The position numbers and the translations under genes are program-made. From assembly GCA_002010065.2 (NCBI GenBank), contig MTMD02000008.1:1-64000 (forward strand): DNA of 64,000 bases, written 5' to 3'. Source of the stretch: Candidatus Pyrohabitans jungbluthii (GTDB lineage: Archaea; Hydrothermarchaeota; Hydrothermarchaeia; Hydrothermarchaeales; BMS3B). Below are positions 1-9,778 of the stretch, piece after piece. The notes under the pieces are model-generated. The model was not told the origin of the DNA. It was given only the letters and a program-made list of their open reading frames with translations, and ran no database searches. Numbering within the stretch: the first letter of the stretch is position 1; each line of letters opens with the position of its first letter.

Positions 1-1
1 A

Positions 2-87
2 TGCGGGGGAAGGGATTTGAACCCTCGCAGGCTCTACGCCAACAGGTCCTAAGCCTGTCTCCTTTGACCGGGCTCGGACACCCCCGC
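2..87 (-). tRNA. tRNA-Leu(TAG)
   Basis: Reverse complement GCGGGGGTGTCCGAGCCCGGTCAAAGG...ACAGG-CTTAGGA-CCTGT...GGTTCAAATCC...CCCCCGCA; long variable arm, anticodon TAG, no encoded CCA. Confidence 0.95.
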
Positions 88-107
88 AAAGATTAAAAAG
101 AAAGAGA

Positions 108-221
108 TTACCTCTGCTGGAGCTTTCTCTTTCTTCTTCTCTCCTTCAGCTTTTTCTTTCGGGTTTTCCACCGGCATTTTCCACGCTTCTTCCATTTTCT
201 TGACGAATGCTTACCTGCCAT
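108..221 (-). CDS. rpl41e: Ribosomal protein eL41/eS32 (37 aa; not in ORF track)
   Basis: MAGKHSSRKWKKRGKCRWKTRKKKLKERRRKRKLQQR; RKWKKxGxxRWK pattern of archaeal L41e; AGGAGGAG SD upstream. Confidence 0.85.
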   Translation of the reverse strand: MAGKHSSRKWKKRGKCRWKTRKKKLKERRRKRKLQQR

Positions 222-368
222 TAAACTCCTCCTTGATGATTATGGTTCCTTTAATGAGGATTACTCACGAGGTAAACTTTTCCAAAATAACTTAATTGAT
301 TACATGACGCGTTTCCTTGGTGTTTCCCTCATATCCCTGTTGGGGAGGGGCGTTCCCCTCCTCTGGTA

Positions 369-893
369 TCAGAAAAAGCTGTGGGGGAAGACCTCGGTTA
401 TATAGAGCAACGGCTTGCGGCGATGGATGATGGTATAGTTCCTCTCCAGCAGGAGTTCGCCCTCTGCTATGCCAAATACGCTGGCAAGCTGGGAGTTTGC
501 TTTGAACGCAGAAAAGCTGAGAATCTCTCTGCGCGACTCTATCTCAAGCTCAGCCATTATCTTGCCTATGGGTATGTCCGCCCGCATCACCGCATCTCTG
601 AATCTGGGCTCAAGCCTTTTAAGTGGCGCATAGGATGTAGCCCTCACTAGTATTCGTCTGCAACTGCGGAGGTTAACTATGCGGTGGTTAACCTCCTCCC
701 CACCTGCGATGCGGAGCAGCTTTGCGATGCGCTCCTTAGCCTTTACCACCTCCTGATGCACCGTCTCAACCTGAACCTCGCAACCCTCGAGAGCTTCGAG
801 GATTCGCGTTATTGAGCCATCTGTGGTTAGCAAAATTCTGTGCACAGGACTTAGTTTCACCTGCGCCGCAAGCTTCTCAAGCTCGGGTATCAT
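369..893 (-). CDS. Chorismate pyruvate-lyase-like protein (DUF98/UbiC fold)
   Basis: LLTTDGSITRILE, DIPIGKI and ITEVF motifs. Confidence 0.8.
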   Translation of the reverse strand: MIPELEKLAAQVKLSPVHRILLTTDGSITRILEALEGCEVQVETVHQEVVKAKERIAKLLRIAGGEEVNHRIVNLRSCRRILVRATSYAPLKRLEPRFRDAVMRADIPIGKIMAELEIESRREILSFSAFKANSQLASVFGIAEGELLLERNYTIIHRRKPLLYITEVFPHSFF

Positions 894-1792
894 TTCAGAG
901 CAAGCCCCACGATATCATCTACGCAAGAATAGCCCCTTTCCTCGAGGAACTCCTGAATCTCAAGGGCCACCTTCCTGAAAACGCTTAGCCCTCTAGTGAG
1001 CACGCCAGTGCCTATCTGCACCGCCTGAGCTCCTGCCATGAGGTACTCCACCGCATCTTTGCCGGTGGTTACGCCTCCGCACCCCATAACAGGTATGTCA
1101 ACCTCCTGGGCAATCTCGTACACGCAGCGCAGGGCAATGGGCTTAATACATGGCCCCGATAGTCCTCCAACTTTATTACCAAGCAAGGGCGTCTTCGCTC
1201 TTATGTCGATTGCCATCGCTTTTAGCGTGTTTATCGCCGTTACTCCGTCAGCACCACCCTCTTCGCACGCCTTTGCAATCTCCACGATGTCCCCCACGTT
1301 GGCGGTGAGTTTAGCGAACACTGGCAGTGAGACAGCACGCTTAACCTCGCGCACCACCTCAAGCGCAAGTTCTGCGTCAGCGCCGAAGAGCGCACCCACC
1401 TTCTCCACATTTGGGCAGGAGAGGTTGAGCTCAATAGCAGCAACGCCAGCATCTGCGAGAATCCTAGCGGCGGCTGCGTAGTCCTCAACCCTGAAGCCAT
1501 ACACGCTCGCTATAACAGGCACCCCACCCTGAAGGGCGATCTTTATCTCCTTCGCAAACTCCTCGACTCCAGGATTTGAAAGACCCACTGCGTTCAGAAT
1601 ACCCTGCTCAATCTCAATCACAGTGGGGTTAGGGTGCCCCTCTCTCGGAACTATCCCGCAGGACTTAGCTACAACTGCCCCAGCACCGTTGCGCGCCACT
1701 CGAAGAAGCGCAGCGCCAGTTGTGCCCAGGATACCTGAGGCGAGCACTGTTGGATTGTTGAGCTTTAAGCCAGCGAACTCCACATCAAGCAT
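890..1792 (-). CDS. pyrD: Dihydroorotate dehydrogenase family 1B, catalytic subunit
   Basis: LASG, NAVGLSNPG, ELNLSCPN, GGLSG motifs. Confidence 0.95.
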   Translation of the reverse strand: MLDVEFAGLKLNNPTVLASGILGTTGAALLRVARNGAGAVVAKSCGIVPREGHPNPTVIEIEQGILNAVGLSNPGVEEFAKEIKIALQGGVPVIASVYGFRVEDYAAAARILADAGVAAIELNLSCPNVEKVGALFGADAELALEVVREVKRAVSLPVFAKLTANVGDIVEIAKACEEGGADGVTAINTLKAMAIDIRAKTPLLGNKVGGLSGPCIKPIALRCVYEIAQEVDIPVMGCGGVTTGKDAVEYLMAGAQAVQIGTGVLTRGLSVFRKVALEIQEFLEERGYSCVDDIVGLALK

Positions 1793-1826
1793 GGTTGTAA
1801 AACACCCCGCGACAATAAAACCTTTT

Positions 1827-2864
1827 CTAATTTTTTATGCCAAAGAGGTAAACTCTTCCATCCCTGCTACCCACCGCAAGAGCGTTCCCATCGGTGGAGA
1901 ACTCCACGCTTGTTGGCTCCTGTACAAAGTCAAGCTGGGTGATTAAACGACCATCGTAGCTCAGCAGGTAAACCTTTTTATCCCAGGAGGCGAGAGCTAT
2001 TAGCTCGGGGTTCTCAGCTATTGCAACGTCATGGTTAGAGAACCCGCTTCTGAATTTCCACAGCAGCTTCCCATTTATGTCGTAAACGTAGAGCATCCTA
2101 TCCTGTGTGGCGCCTGCAACCAACTTAGATGAGAGAGCGCACCCGTAGATATAGCTCCCCCGTCCACCGCTCCTTTTCCATTTAAGCTTTCTGCTGGTGT
2201 CCAGAAGGTAAAGATAGGTGTCATCTCCTGCCAGCGCTACGTGCATGCCGTCTGTTGCGACGTCCCAAACCCCCCAGGCGCTATCCTGAGTTTCAAAAAT
2301 CCAACGTGGCTCGCCTTCGAGTGTGTACGCATAAGCCCTGCCATCGCCAGCAGCCACAACTACCAGGTTCGTCTCCTCTGAAATTGCCACCCCCTTTACT
2401 ATGTTCTGGAGCTTCTTCTCCCAGATTAAGCTTGCGTTACTGCTTGTTAGATTGAAAAGGTAGATTCTCGCCTCTGGCACGAGGTAGCTCGCCGCAACTA
2501 GGTAGTTCTCCCTTTCGCTCAGCGCCACCGCTTCAGCGTTTCCTCGCGTTTCAAACCTCCAGAGCAGAACGCCGCTCATGTTAAAAAGGTAAAGGTGGTT
2601 GTCGTAACTTGCGGCAGCCACGTAGCTTCTGCCTGCGTCCACCCCATAGACTGGCTCGCGGGTGTAGTAACTCCACAAAAGTGAAAGGTTTAGCCTATCC
2701 ACGCTTTCGTGAAGGGGTGGTGCATTCTCCTGCAGTGCTGGTGGCGTCGTCGTCGGAAGGGTATCGCCCTTAGCAGGTGGCGGTTCCTCAACCACCTCAC
2801 CACTTTCTTCAGCGATGCATGCTGAGAAGGCAAGGAGCATGAGAAGCAGGATAGCTCTTTCCAT
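1827..2864 (-). CDS. PQQ/WD40-like beta-propeller lipoprotein
   Basis: Lipobox-like FSAC, Pro-rich linker, repeated D..LY.....G.LLW blades. Confidence 0.75.
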   Translation of the reverse strand: MERAILLLMLLAFSACIAEESGEVVEEPPPAKGDTLPTTTPPALQENAPPLHESVDRLNLSLLWSYYTREPVYGVDAGRSYVAAASYDNHLYLFNMSGVLLWRFETRGNAEAVALSERENYLVAASYLVPEARIYLFNLTSSNASLIWEKKLQNIVKGVAISEETNLVVVAAGDGRAYAYTLEGEPRWIFETQDSAWGVWDVATDGMHVALAGDDTYLYLLDTSRKLKWKRSGGRGSYIYGCALSSKLVAGATQDRMLYVYDINGKLLWKFRSGFSNHDVAIAENPELIALASWDKKVYLLSYDGRLITQLDFVQEPTSVEFSTDGNALAVGSRDGRVYLFGIKN

Positions 2865-2866
2865 TT

Positions 2867-4042
2867 TTATCTCACTTTTTCTACTCTGAGTGAGAGGTAG
2901 AGGAGGGTGAGCAGGAAAAGCACACTCGTTGGCTGAATTCCAACTTCTATTAGAATGAGCACATGGGTAAGGGCAACTGCATACACAGCGTTGCCCACGT
3001 TATTCTCAGCAAGGCGGTGCATAATGCCTAGGTACAATCCCACCAGCGAGGCGGTTATCATTAAGCCAATAATCCCAAAATCAAGCGTTGCAGGGCCGAA
3101 AAGCGTTGAGGTTATTATGTGCTCCTTTTCGTAGCCCAGTATTACCCTGCTTGTAATTACCTGGATAACGTCGGCGAGCGCAGCGCCGTGAAGCAAACCC
3201 CAGGGCAGAGAAAGCTCTACTATTCTGTCGAACACCGAGAAGGTGAAGCCGGCGCGGTAAAATATGTAGTAGTGGGGTGGAATCTTCCAGCTCGCGTAGG
3301 CAACGCTTGCTATGTGGGTGCTCACAAGGGTTAAGATTACTGCTATGCCCGCAAGCGCAGGTGCAACCCCACGAAGGCTCAGCCTGTCTGTAAGTAAACC
3401 TGCTATGGTTGCGCTCAGAATCACAGCAATGGCATCGCTCTTGAAGCCTGAGAGCACAGCGAGGATAACAAGAAAGAGGATGCCTAATATTGCGACTCTG
3501 CGTGCGGCGAGGGCGGCAAGCAGAGAGGCTGAGAGCACCGCAAGTCCATGAAAGACTGCACGCGCCGGCGATACCGCCATGCTCTCGCGGAAGCCTGCCT
3601 CAAGCAGTGGTATGCCGTGCAGGAGTGTTAGTGCCGCAGCAGCCACAGCGAGGGCGTAGGAACCAGCTATCAACGCAGGTACAGAGCCGAAGCGGGTGAA
3701 CAGGAGCCAGAAGGCGATGCTTCCAAGGGAGAGAGTGAGGTTGAAAACAAGCTGCTCCGGAAAGGTGGACTGCAGAGCGAAAAATGCGAGGGCAGCCATA
3801 ACCGGAAGGAGGTAGTCTGGATTCAATTTCACCTCAACCTTCTTCCCCAGTAGCGCAAAGGCGACGACGAGGGCGACGCCGAAGAGGCTCACAATGAAGC
3901 TCAAACTATGAAGGCTGCCGAATGCTTGGGCTAGGTACCTGCTGGTGACCTCTATCCTGTAGCCAAGATAGGCGCAGGCAAGGAAGATAAGGTAGACCGA
4001 GGGGAAGACGACCTCAGGATGAAGAATTCTCTTAACCCTCAT
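2867..4042 (-). CDS. Oligosaccharide repeat-unit polymerase family (DUF70/Wzy-like) membrane protein
   Basis: About 11 TM segments; ITSTLFGPATLDFG motif; next to a GT4 gene. Confidence 0.7.
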   Translation of the reverse strand: MRVKRILHPEVVFPSVYLIFLACAYLGYRIEVTSRYLAQAFGSLHSLSFIVSLFGVALVVAFALLGKKVEVKLNPDYLLPVMAALAFFALQSTFPEQLVFNLTLSLGSIAFWLLFTRFGSVPALIAGSYALAVAAAALTLLHGIPLLEAGFRESMAVSPARAVFHGLAVLSASLLAALAARRVAILGILFLVILAVLSGFKSDAIAVILSATIAGLLTDRLSLRGVAPALAGIAVILTLVSTHIASVAYASWKIPPHYYIFYRAGFTFSVFDRIVELSLPWGLLHGAALADVIQVITSRVILGYEKEHIITSTLFGPATLDFGIIGLMITASLVGLYLGIMHRLAENNVGNAVYAVALTHVLILIEVGIQPTSVLFLLTLLYLSLRVEKVR

Positions 4043-5058
4043 CTTTTCAGCTCCGCGTAGAGGTTAGCGTACTGCTGCGCGGTCTTCTCCCATGAAAACA
4101 TCGCAGCGCGCTTTCTGGCATTCTGGGATAACTTCTGCCACAGCGCTTTGTCCGCCATCACCTTAATGAGCGCCTCGGCTAAAGCGGAGGCGTCGTCCTT
4201 TTCAACCAGCATCCCAGCTTCGCCGTGGGTAACAACCTCAGGTATTCCTCCAACTCGAGTAGCCACGACGGGCAAGCCATACGCCATTGCTTCAAGAGCC
4301 ACGAGTCCAAAGCCTTCACTGCGTGAGGGAAGCGCAAGTACGCGGGAGCGGGAGTAGTAGCCGCCTAGCCTGTTTCTGCTTCCCTCAAAAAATACATCTT
4401 TTAGCTTTAGCCTAGTGCTCATATTCTCTAGTGCTTCCCTCTCCCTGCCGTCGCCGACGATAACCAGCTTCGCCTCAGGCAGGCGTTCTTTTACAATGCG
4501 GTAAGCCTTGAGCAGGGTGTCTATGCCTTTCTGCTTCACAAGGCTGCCCACGAAGAGTATGCTCATCTCCCTCTCCGCTTCTTCCCATTCAGGAAGTTCA
4601 ACGCCATTATAGATAACCCTAACCTTTTCTGCCTCCACCCCCAGCTTCTCAGCCTCCTCTTTCAGAAATCTGCTCACGGCTACGACTGCGTCAGCCTGCT
4701 TTAAAACAAGCTTTACGAGGGGTCGCGTCATTCGCCTCCTTGCTAGGTAGTTTATGTCTGTGCCGTGGAGGGTTACCACAAGAGGCAAGCGCAGGGCATG
4801 CTTGAGCGCCACGCCGAGTAAGCCCTGAGGAATCGCGTAGTGGGCATGAATCAGGTCGTATTTTCTTCTTCTACTCTTTCTAAGAGCGGTGAGGAAGCCT
4901 AAAACAGTAAAGCTGATTGCTCTGATAAGTGGAAGCCTCGCAAATCGTGGATATGTGACTATCTCAAAGGCGTGAGGAGAGCGCTTAATCAGGTTCTCCA
5001 CGTGGGTCACAACCCCGCCCCTCGCGGGCTTCCATATGGTGAGAAGCAGCACCCGCAT
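4039..5058 (-). CDS. Glycosyltransferase family 4
   Basis: HAH, TLHG, KG, EGFGLVALEAMA (ExxxxxxxE) motifs. Confidence 0.9.
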   Translation of the reverse strand: MRVLLLTIWKPARGGVVTHVENLIKRSPHAFEIVTYPRFARLPLIRAISFTVLGFLTALRKSRRRKYDLIHAHYAIPQGLLGVALKHALRLPLVVTLHGTDINYLARRRMTRPLVKLVLKQADAVVAVSRFLKEEAEKLGVEAEKVRVIYNGVELPEWEEAEREMSILFVGSLVKQKGIDTLLKAYRIVKERLPEAKLVIVGDGREREALENMSTRLKLKDVFFEGSRNRLGGYYSRSRVLALPSRSEGFGLVALEAMAYGLPVVATRVGGIPEVVTHGEAGMLVEKDDASALAEALIKVMADKALWQKLSQNARKRAAMFSWEKTAQQYANLYAELKR

Positions 5059-5070
5059 TACCACCACCAG

Positions 5071-6393
5071 CTACATTCTCGCAATGGATGTTACCGCGAC
5101 GAAGGCTGTAAACGCGTAGAGCACAAAGACATTGAAGTCCACCAAGCCAGTTTCTATCCCCGCAAGCAGGTAGGCGAAGCAAATGCTAAAGAGCGCAGTG
5201 GCGAGCGCAGAGCCGGTGCGCTTTGAAAGTGCGTATGCCGCGCCGATTATAGCTCCAATGGCGAGGGCAAAGGTAACTATGCCAGCGAGCCCCAAATCTA
5301 AGCTTACAGTGCCGAGAAGAGTCGAAGTCAGCGAAACCCCGCTGACGCCAAAGTTCCTCGCCACTATTGTGCGCGGTCCAAGGCTTAAGCCAGGCACAAA
5401 ATCCAGGAAGGAGGAGAAGGTGGCTAAGGCTATGTCGCCTTGGTAATATCCAAATAGAAGGGTAGTAACACCCGCCTTATAAAGGCTATTAACCGTGAAG
5501 TCGTAAAGCGTCAGGGTTAAATCAGCCCTCTTTGCTATCACCTCGAGGATGCCAACCTCGCTTCCAATAACGAGGGCGCGGTAGTAGCCCAGTGCTGCCA
5601 CAGAGAGGAGACCCGCGCCAAGGGCGATGAGCATCTCTGCCATGCCTATTATTCGGTAGCGGTTCATTACAAAGGTGAAGGCGAGAATTGAAACCACAGT
5701 CTGAGTACGGTAGCCGAGCAGGGTTATAAGGAAGGTTGTCGCCACTGCAATTGCAAGGGTGTAAACCCTCGCATCCCGCAGGCTCAGCTTACCGGCGAGG
5801 AGGTGCTTCCCGAGCAGAGAGGCGAGGATAACACCTCCGAGGACCAAGAAAGTGGCAATGTAGGTGTAGGCGACGCTTAGCTTAACCCTTGCCTGCGGCT
5901 CAAGCAGCGGAACCTTATAAGCCCTGTAGAGGTCAGCGCACAGCGCGAGCAGGGAGAGAATGAACAGCACAAGCCCAAGCCTCAGACTACGCTCCTCGAA
6001 TGCAACGCTTCTCACCTTAACCCTGGTTGCCAGCGAAAAGGCGAGGAGGAAGGAGATGAGGGAGACAATCACAAGCAAAAAGGAGAGAAGGCTTATCTTC
6101 CCGAGGGAGAGGAAGACCAAGTAGGCGAGGGGAAAGAGAAATGCTGGTGAAAGCTCCGCCTGAGGAAGCCTGCGGTTCACCCTGTCCACAATTGCGTAAA
6201 CCCTCTCAGGATAAAGCCGGAGCAGAAGCGCAGCGGAACTGCGCAGGCAAGAGAGCTGCAAGCTCCTCTCAAGAAAGGCTGCACCTCTGTCCACGGTGCG
6301 CATAATGAGGCTCTTCTCAAGGGAAGCTGTGAGAAACAGTGTCGCCTCTTTTAGAAGGCTCACAAGCTTACAGGAGCTCACCAATGCTGACAT
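5071..6393 (-). CDS. Oligosaccharide repeat-unit polymerase family (DUF70/Wzy-like) membrane protein, second paralog
   Basis: Multi-TM; LGYRT and LTSTLLGTVSLDLG match the paralog at 2867; start trimmed to ATG 6393. Confidence 0.7.
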   Translation of the reverse strand: MSALVSSCKLVSLLKEATLFLTASLEKSLIMRTVDRGAAFLERSLQLSCLRSSAALLLRLYPERVYAIVDRVNRRLPQAELSPAFLFPLAYLVFLSLGKISLLSFLLVIVSLISFLLAFSLATRVKVRSVAFEERSLRLGLVLFILSLLALCADLYRAYKVPLLEPQARVKLSVAYTYIATFLVLGGVILASLLGKHLLAGKLSLRDARVYTLAIAVATTFLITLLGYRTQTVVSILAFTFVMNRYRIIGMAEMLIALGAGLLSVAALGYYRALVIGSEVGILEVIAKRADLTLTLYDFTVNSLYKAGVTTLLFGYYQGDIALATFSSFLDFVPGLSLGPRTIVARNFGVSGVSLTSTLLGTVSLDLGLAGIVTFALAIGAIIGAAYALSKRTGSALATALFSICFAYLLAGIETGLVDFNVFVLYAFTAFVAVTSIARM

Positions 6394-7195
6394 AGGTTGC
6401 GTCTCCCTCTTCTCTAAGGAATCCTTGCATGACCGCAGCTTTTGCTGCTTCTGCCACCCTCTCCCTTTCCAGCTCCCTATCATAACCCAGGTATATCCTC
6501 AGGTTTCTGGCTATAACCTCGCCGCTCTCGAGGTTGAGGTGCTCAAGCTCCCCCAGGTCAACAGCTCTAAGGGAGAGCATGTACAGGTCTTCGCCTATCT
6601 TGTATGCCCTCGCATCCACACAGTAGAAGCAGCCCTCGATGGCCTTCTTAACATCCAAATATCTCCTCCCTGGCTGGCTTATGCTTATTTCCCCTGTCAG
6701 CACCATCCTGCTGGCATCAGTATTTTCCCTTAACTGCTCGAGTTCGGCAAGAAATTCACTAAAATTTCCAAAATGCTCTTTCTTTGAATAAAAACTCAGG
6801 GAGGATGAGTAAAGAGGCATAAGTTTAATTTCTTTTGCTGCCACGTCCTCGAGGTAGCTCATGCTGCCGCCAACTCTGAACTCATCCCCATACTGATTTT
6901 TAATATGCAGGGTGCCTCCCCTCGCAGCTATAACCATCCCACTGAAATTTCTCTCCCTCTGCATAGGGTCGCCGATGTTAATCCCCCTTATCTCCGCCTC
7001 TATCAGAAAGCCTTTGCTTTCCAGCTTGTTGTAGGTTTTAACCGCCTTATAAACTTCTTCGCCGCTGAAAACAAGCTCCTCTGCTAGCACCGTTCTGGCA
7101 AACGAAAAAGCGAGAAAGAGAATAAGAGCAACAAAAATGAGGTCAACAAAGTTCACACCCAGAACCTTTCCCTCTTTAATATCCAGAAGCTTCAT
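6368..7195 (-). CDS. Membrane-anchored hypothetical protein
   Basis: N-terminal TM helix then soluble domain; overlaps neighbours in operon fashion. Confidence 0.7.
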   Translation of the reverse strand: MKLLDIKEGKVLGVNFVDLIFVALILFLAFSFARTVLAEELVFSGEEVYKAVKTYNKLESKGFLIEAEIRGINIGDPMQRERNFSGMVIAARGGTLHIKNQYGDEFRVGGSMSYLEDVAAKEIKLMPLYSSSLSFYSKKEHFGNFSEFLAELEQLRENTDASRMVLTGEISISQPGRRYLDVKKAIEGCFYCVDARAYKIGEDLYMLSLRAVDLGELEHLNLESGEVIARNLRIYLGYDRELERERVAEAAKAAVMQGFLREEGDATYVSIGELL

Positions 7196-7527
7196 TTCTC
7201 TCGCCTTTTCTGATAGGCAAAAAATGCCAAGTTTATTATGAACAGAACGAAAAACACAAGTTTAAATACATTGTTGAATCCAGGGGCATGGGGGTAGGAG
7301 GGGCCGAAAATTTTGAAAAGAATGCCAACGAAGAGGAAATAGAGCCTGTCGAGGAAGAAGAGGTAGTTCTCAAAGAAGTGCCGGAAGGCAAGAAAGATAT
7401 TGTACTTGTTAAAAAGGCTGAGAGACAGCAGTACGTAAAGGGTAATCGCCTGGAGCATCGTAAAACCTACAGCATAGCCCAATATCTCCAGCACCCTCTC
7501 AACCCTGCTATTCCCTTCCTCGCTCAT
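7192..7527 (-). CDS. Small membrane protein
   Basis: About 3 hydrophobic segments; ATGA overlap with next gene. Confidence 0.65.
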   Translation of the reverse strand: MSEEGNSRVERVLEILGYAVGFTMLQAITLYVLLSLSLFNKYNIFLAFRHFFENYLFFLDRLYFLFVGILFKIFGPSYPHAPGFNNVFKLVFFVLFIINLAFFAYQKRREK

Positions 7528-7609
7528 ACTAACCTACATGTTCTATTAAGCCCCTGCGTTAAAAATCTTGCGCTGATTGAAAACAAAACTTTTAAGCTTC
7601 AGGTGTACA

Positions 7610-7683
7610 TGCGGGCGCCGGGATTCGAACCCGGGCAGGTGGCTTGGAAGGCCACAATCCTAACCAGACTAGATCACGCCCGC
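7610..7683 (-). tRNA. tRNA-Gly(TCC)
   Basis: GCGGGCGTGATCTAGTCTGGTTAGGATT-GTGGC-CTTCCAA-GCCAC-CTGCCCGGGTTCGAATCCCGG-CGCCCGCA. Confidence 0.95.
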
Positions 7684-7729
7684 TCTCAGCATGCATTTTA
7701 TCAGACTAACAAGAGTAAGAATTTCATCT

Positions 7730-8476
7730 TCACCTGAAAACATCCATCTCCTTTGGTCTTATTAGCTCCTTCACTGTGCCCTCACCCAGCACCTTTAGCC
7801 CGCGCACTATTGCGACAGGAATCCCCTCGCCGCCCTCGCCCATCACCAGGTTGGCCGCCGCAGCTATGTTGTCAGCTACAGCGACGCGGGTTACCTGAAG
7901 CTCCCTGCCAAGCAAATCCCGCTCTCCACGCCGATCCAAAAGCGCAACCACGCCTGCGCAACCAATTGCCACGCCCACGCTGCCGTAGCGGAAGCACCTG
8001 CCAAAGGAGTCGGCTATAATAACGCCCACCCTCTTTCCGGTCGCAGCCTCCAGTTTCCTTCTAATCTCCTCAGCACTCCTGTCAGGGTCAATAGGCAGAA
8101 GCTTTGCTTTACCCTCATGCACATTGCTCTGGTCTATTCCAGCGTTGGCGCACACGAAGCCGTGCTTGGTTTCAACGATGATAAAATTCTCGCCCACGGC
8201 GAGCACCTCTCTTGCCTCGTCGAGTATTAGCTGCACCACCCTTGCGTCCTTACCTGTTATCTCCGCAAGCCTGCGCGCCTCCTGCGAAGGCGTCACGTTG
8301 CTCAGCTCCACTTCGCGCCCCTCTGCCCTTGCGACAATCTTTTCGGTCACCACAACCACGTCACAATCCTGTAGCCTGAGGTTTTGCCTCTCCATCGCCT
8401 CTAGGATAAGCGCCGCTATGTCGTCACCCTTCATTACGTAGGGTATGTGCCTTAGCGCGTAAATCTCAAGCTTCAT
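7730..8476 (-). CDS. cofE: Coenzyme F420-0:L-glutamate ligase
   Basis: EKIVARAEG, CANAGIDQSN, DSFGR, MGEG motifs. Confidence 0.92.
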   Translation of the reverse strand: MKLEIYALRHIPYVMKGDDIAALILEAMERQNLRLQDCDVVVVTEKIVARAEGREVELSNVTPSQEARRLAEITGKDARVVQLILDEAREVLAVGENFIIVETKHGFVCANAGIDQSNVHEGKAKLLPIDPDRSAEEIRRKLEAATGKRVGVIIADSFGRCFRYGSVGVAIGCAGVVALLDRRGERDLLGRELQVTRVAVADNIAAAANLVMGEGGEGIPVAIVRGLKVLGEGTVKELIRPKEMDVFR

Positions 8477-8539
8477 ATTCTAACCTTGCCTTTTTGGCTT
8501 TATATCTTGTTGCCCACGTTATGCCTTTTGAAGCAGAGC

Positions 8540-9778
8540 GTGAAGGTGTATTTCTCAACCTATGGCTGCACAATGAATCAGAGTGATACTGAGATACTTA
8601 AGGCGCTGGTTGCGAAGCGCCATGAGGTAGTTGATTCTCTCGAAGAGAGTGATGCCGTTGTGGTGAACTCCTGCGCTGTTGTGGGTTTTACAGAACGCAA
8701 GGTTCTCAAGGAGATAAAAAGGCTAAAGCAGGCAGGTAAGCGTGTTATCCTTACAGGTTGCTTGCCCGGGGCAAATCCTGCCTCTGCGCAGGCTTCAGGC
8801 GCTGATGTTGTGCTCCCTCTGAAGCACATAGCGGCGATAAACAGCGCTCTGGATGGGCACCTTGCGATAGAGGCTGCCCCTGTGGTTAAGTCAGAGCTGC
8901 CAAAGCTGAGGCACCGCGACAGCGCGATTGCAATTGTGGCGATTAGCGAAGGCTGCCTTGGGGCGTGCAGCTACTGTGCCACACGATTCGCCCGTGGAAA
9001 GCTGCGAAGCTTCCCTGTAAATAGCATAGTGAAGGAGGTGGAGAGTGCGCTGGAACAGGGGTACCGTGAAATCCAGCTCACTTCGCAGGACACCGCCGTT
9101 TATGGACGTGATATCGAAACCACTCTGCCAGAGCTTCTCGGCGAGATAATAGACCTGCCCTATGAGTTTAGGGTGCGCGTGGGCATGATGAACCCCACAT
9201 ACGCTCGAGAAATCTTCGACGAGCTTCTCGATGCATATTCCAACGAGAAGATCTACAAATTCCTCCACCTGCCAGTGCAGAGCGGCGACGACGAGGTGCT
9301 ACGCCACATGCGCCGTGGGTATCGCGTGGCTGATTTTATGGAGCTTGTCGCTGACTTCAGGCGTCGCTTTCCGGAGAGCACGCTATCCACCGATGTTATA
9401 GTGGGCTACCCAACCGAGAGTGATGAGTCTTTTGACAAGACATACAGGTTGATAGAGGAGATAAAGCCTGAGATACTCAACATCACCCGCTTTTCACCCC
9501 GTCCAGGTACTGAGGCAGCGAAGTTGCGGGACATTCACGACTGGATTAAGAAGGAGCGCTCCCGCAGGCTTACAAAGCTCATGCGTAGCATAGGCATGGA
9601 GAGGAACTCCCGCTACGCTGGCAAAAAGCTCAGGGTGCTGGTAACAAAGCACGGAAAGGGCAACACCCTGCTTGCGCGAAGCGATGCCTACCGTCAGGTA
9701 GTGCTCAAAGAAGGAGAAATAGGAGAATTCAGGGATGTGAAAATCAGAAAGGTGAGACCCACCTATCTCATAGCCTAA
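8540..9778 (+). CDS. mtaB: tRNA t6A37 methylthiotransferase (archaeal MtaB/CDKAL1 type)
   Basis: UPF0004 TYGC/NSC/GC, radical SAM CLGACSYC, RVGMMNP, TRAM tail; start trimmed to GTG 8540. Confidence 0.88.
   Translation: MKVYFSTYGCTMNQSDTEILKALVAKRHEVVDSLEESDAVVVNSCAVVGFTERKVLKEIKRLKQAGKRVILTGCLPGANPASAQASGADVVLPLKHIAAINSALDGHLAIEAAPVVKSELPKLRHRDSAIAIVAISEGCLGACSYCATRFARGKLRSFPVNSIVKEVESALEQGYREIQLTSQDTAVYGRDIETTLPELLGEIIDLPYEFRVRVGMMNPTYAREIFDELLDAYSNEKIYKFLHLPVQSGDDEVLRHMRRGYRVADFMELVADFRRRFPESTLSTDVIVGYPTESDESFDKTYRLIEEIKPEILNITRFSPRPGTEAAKLRDIHDWIKKERSRRLTKLMRSIGMERNSRYAGKKLRVLVTKHGKGNTLLARSDAYRQVVLKEGEIGEFRDVKIRKVRPTYLIA

Noticed and set aside
342-363. GC hairpin GGGGAGGGG-CGTT-CCCCTCCTC after the DUF98 gene
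   Set aside because: Single hairpin without K-turn, pocket or U-tract; no function can be supported
7610-7683. tRNA-Gly as integration site of an island
   Set aside because: No integrase or duplicated tRNA 3' end seen in the window
7684-7733. Possible C/D sRNA (GATGA...CTGA...CTGA) before tRNA-Gly
   Set aside because: No C' box and guide spacing is wrong
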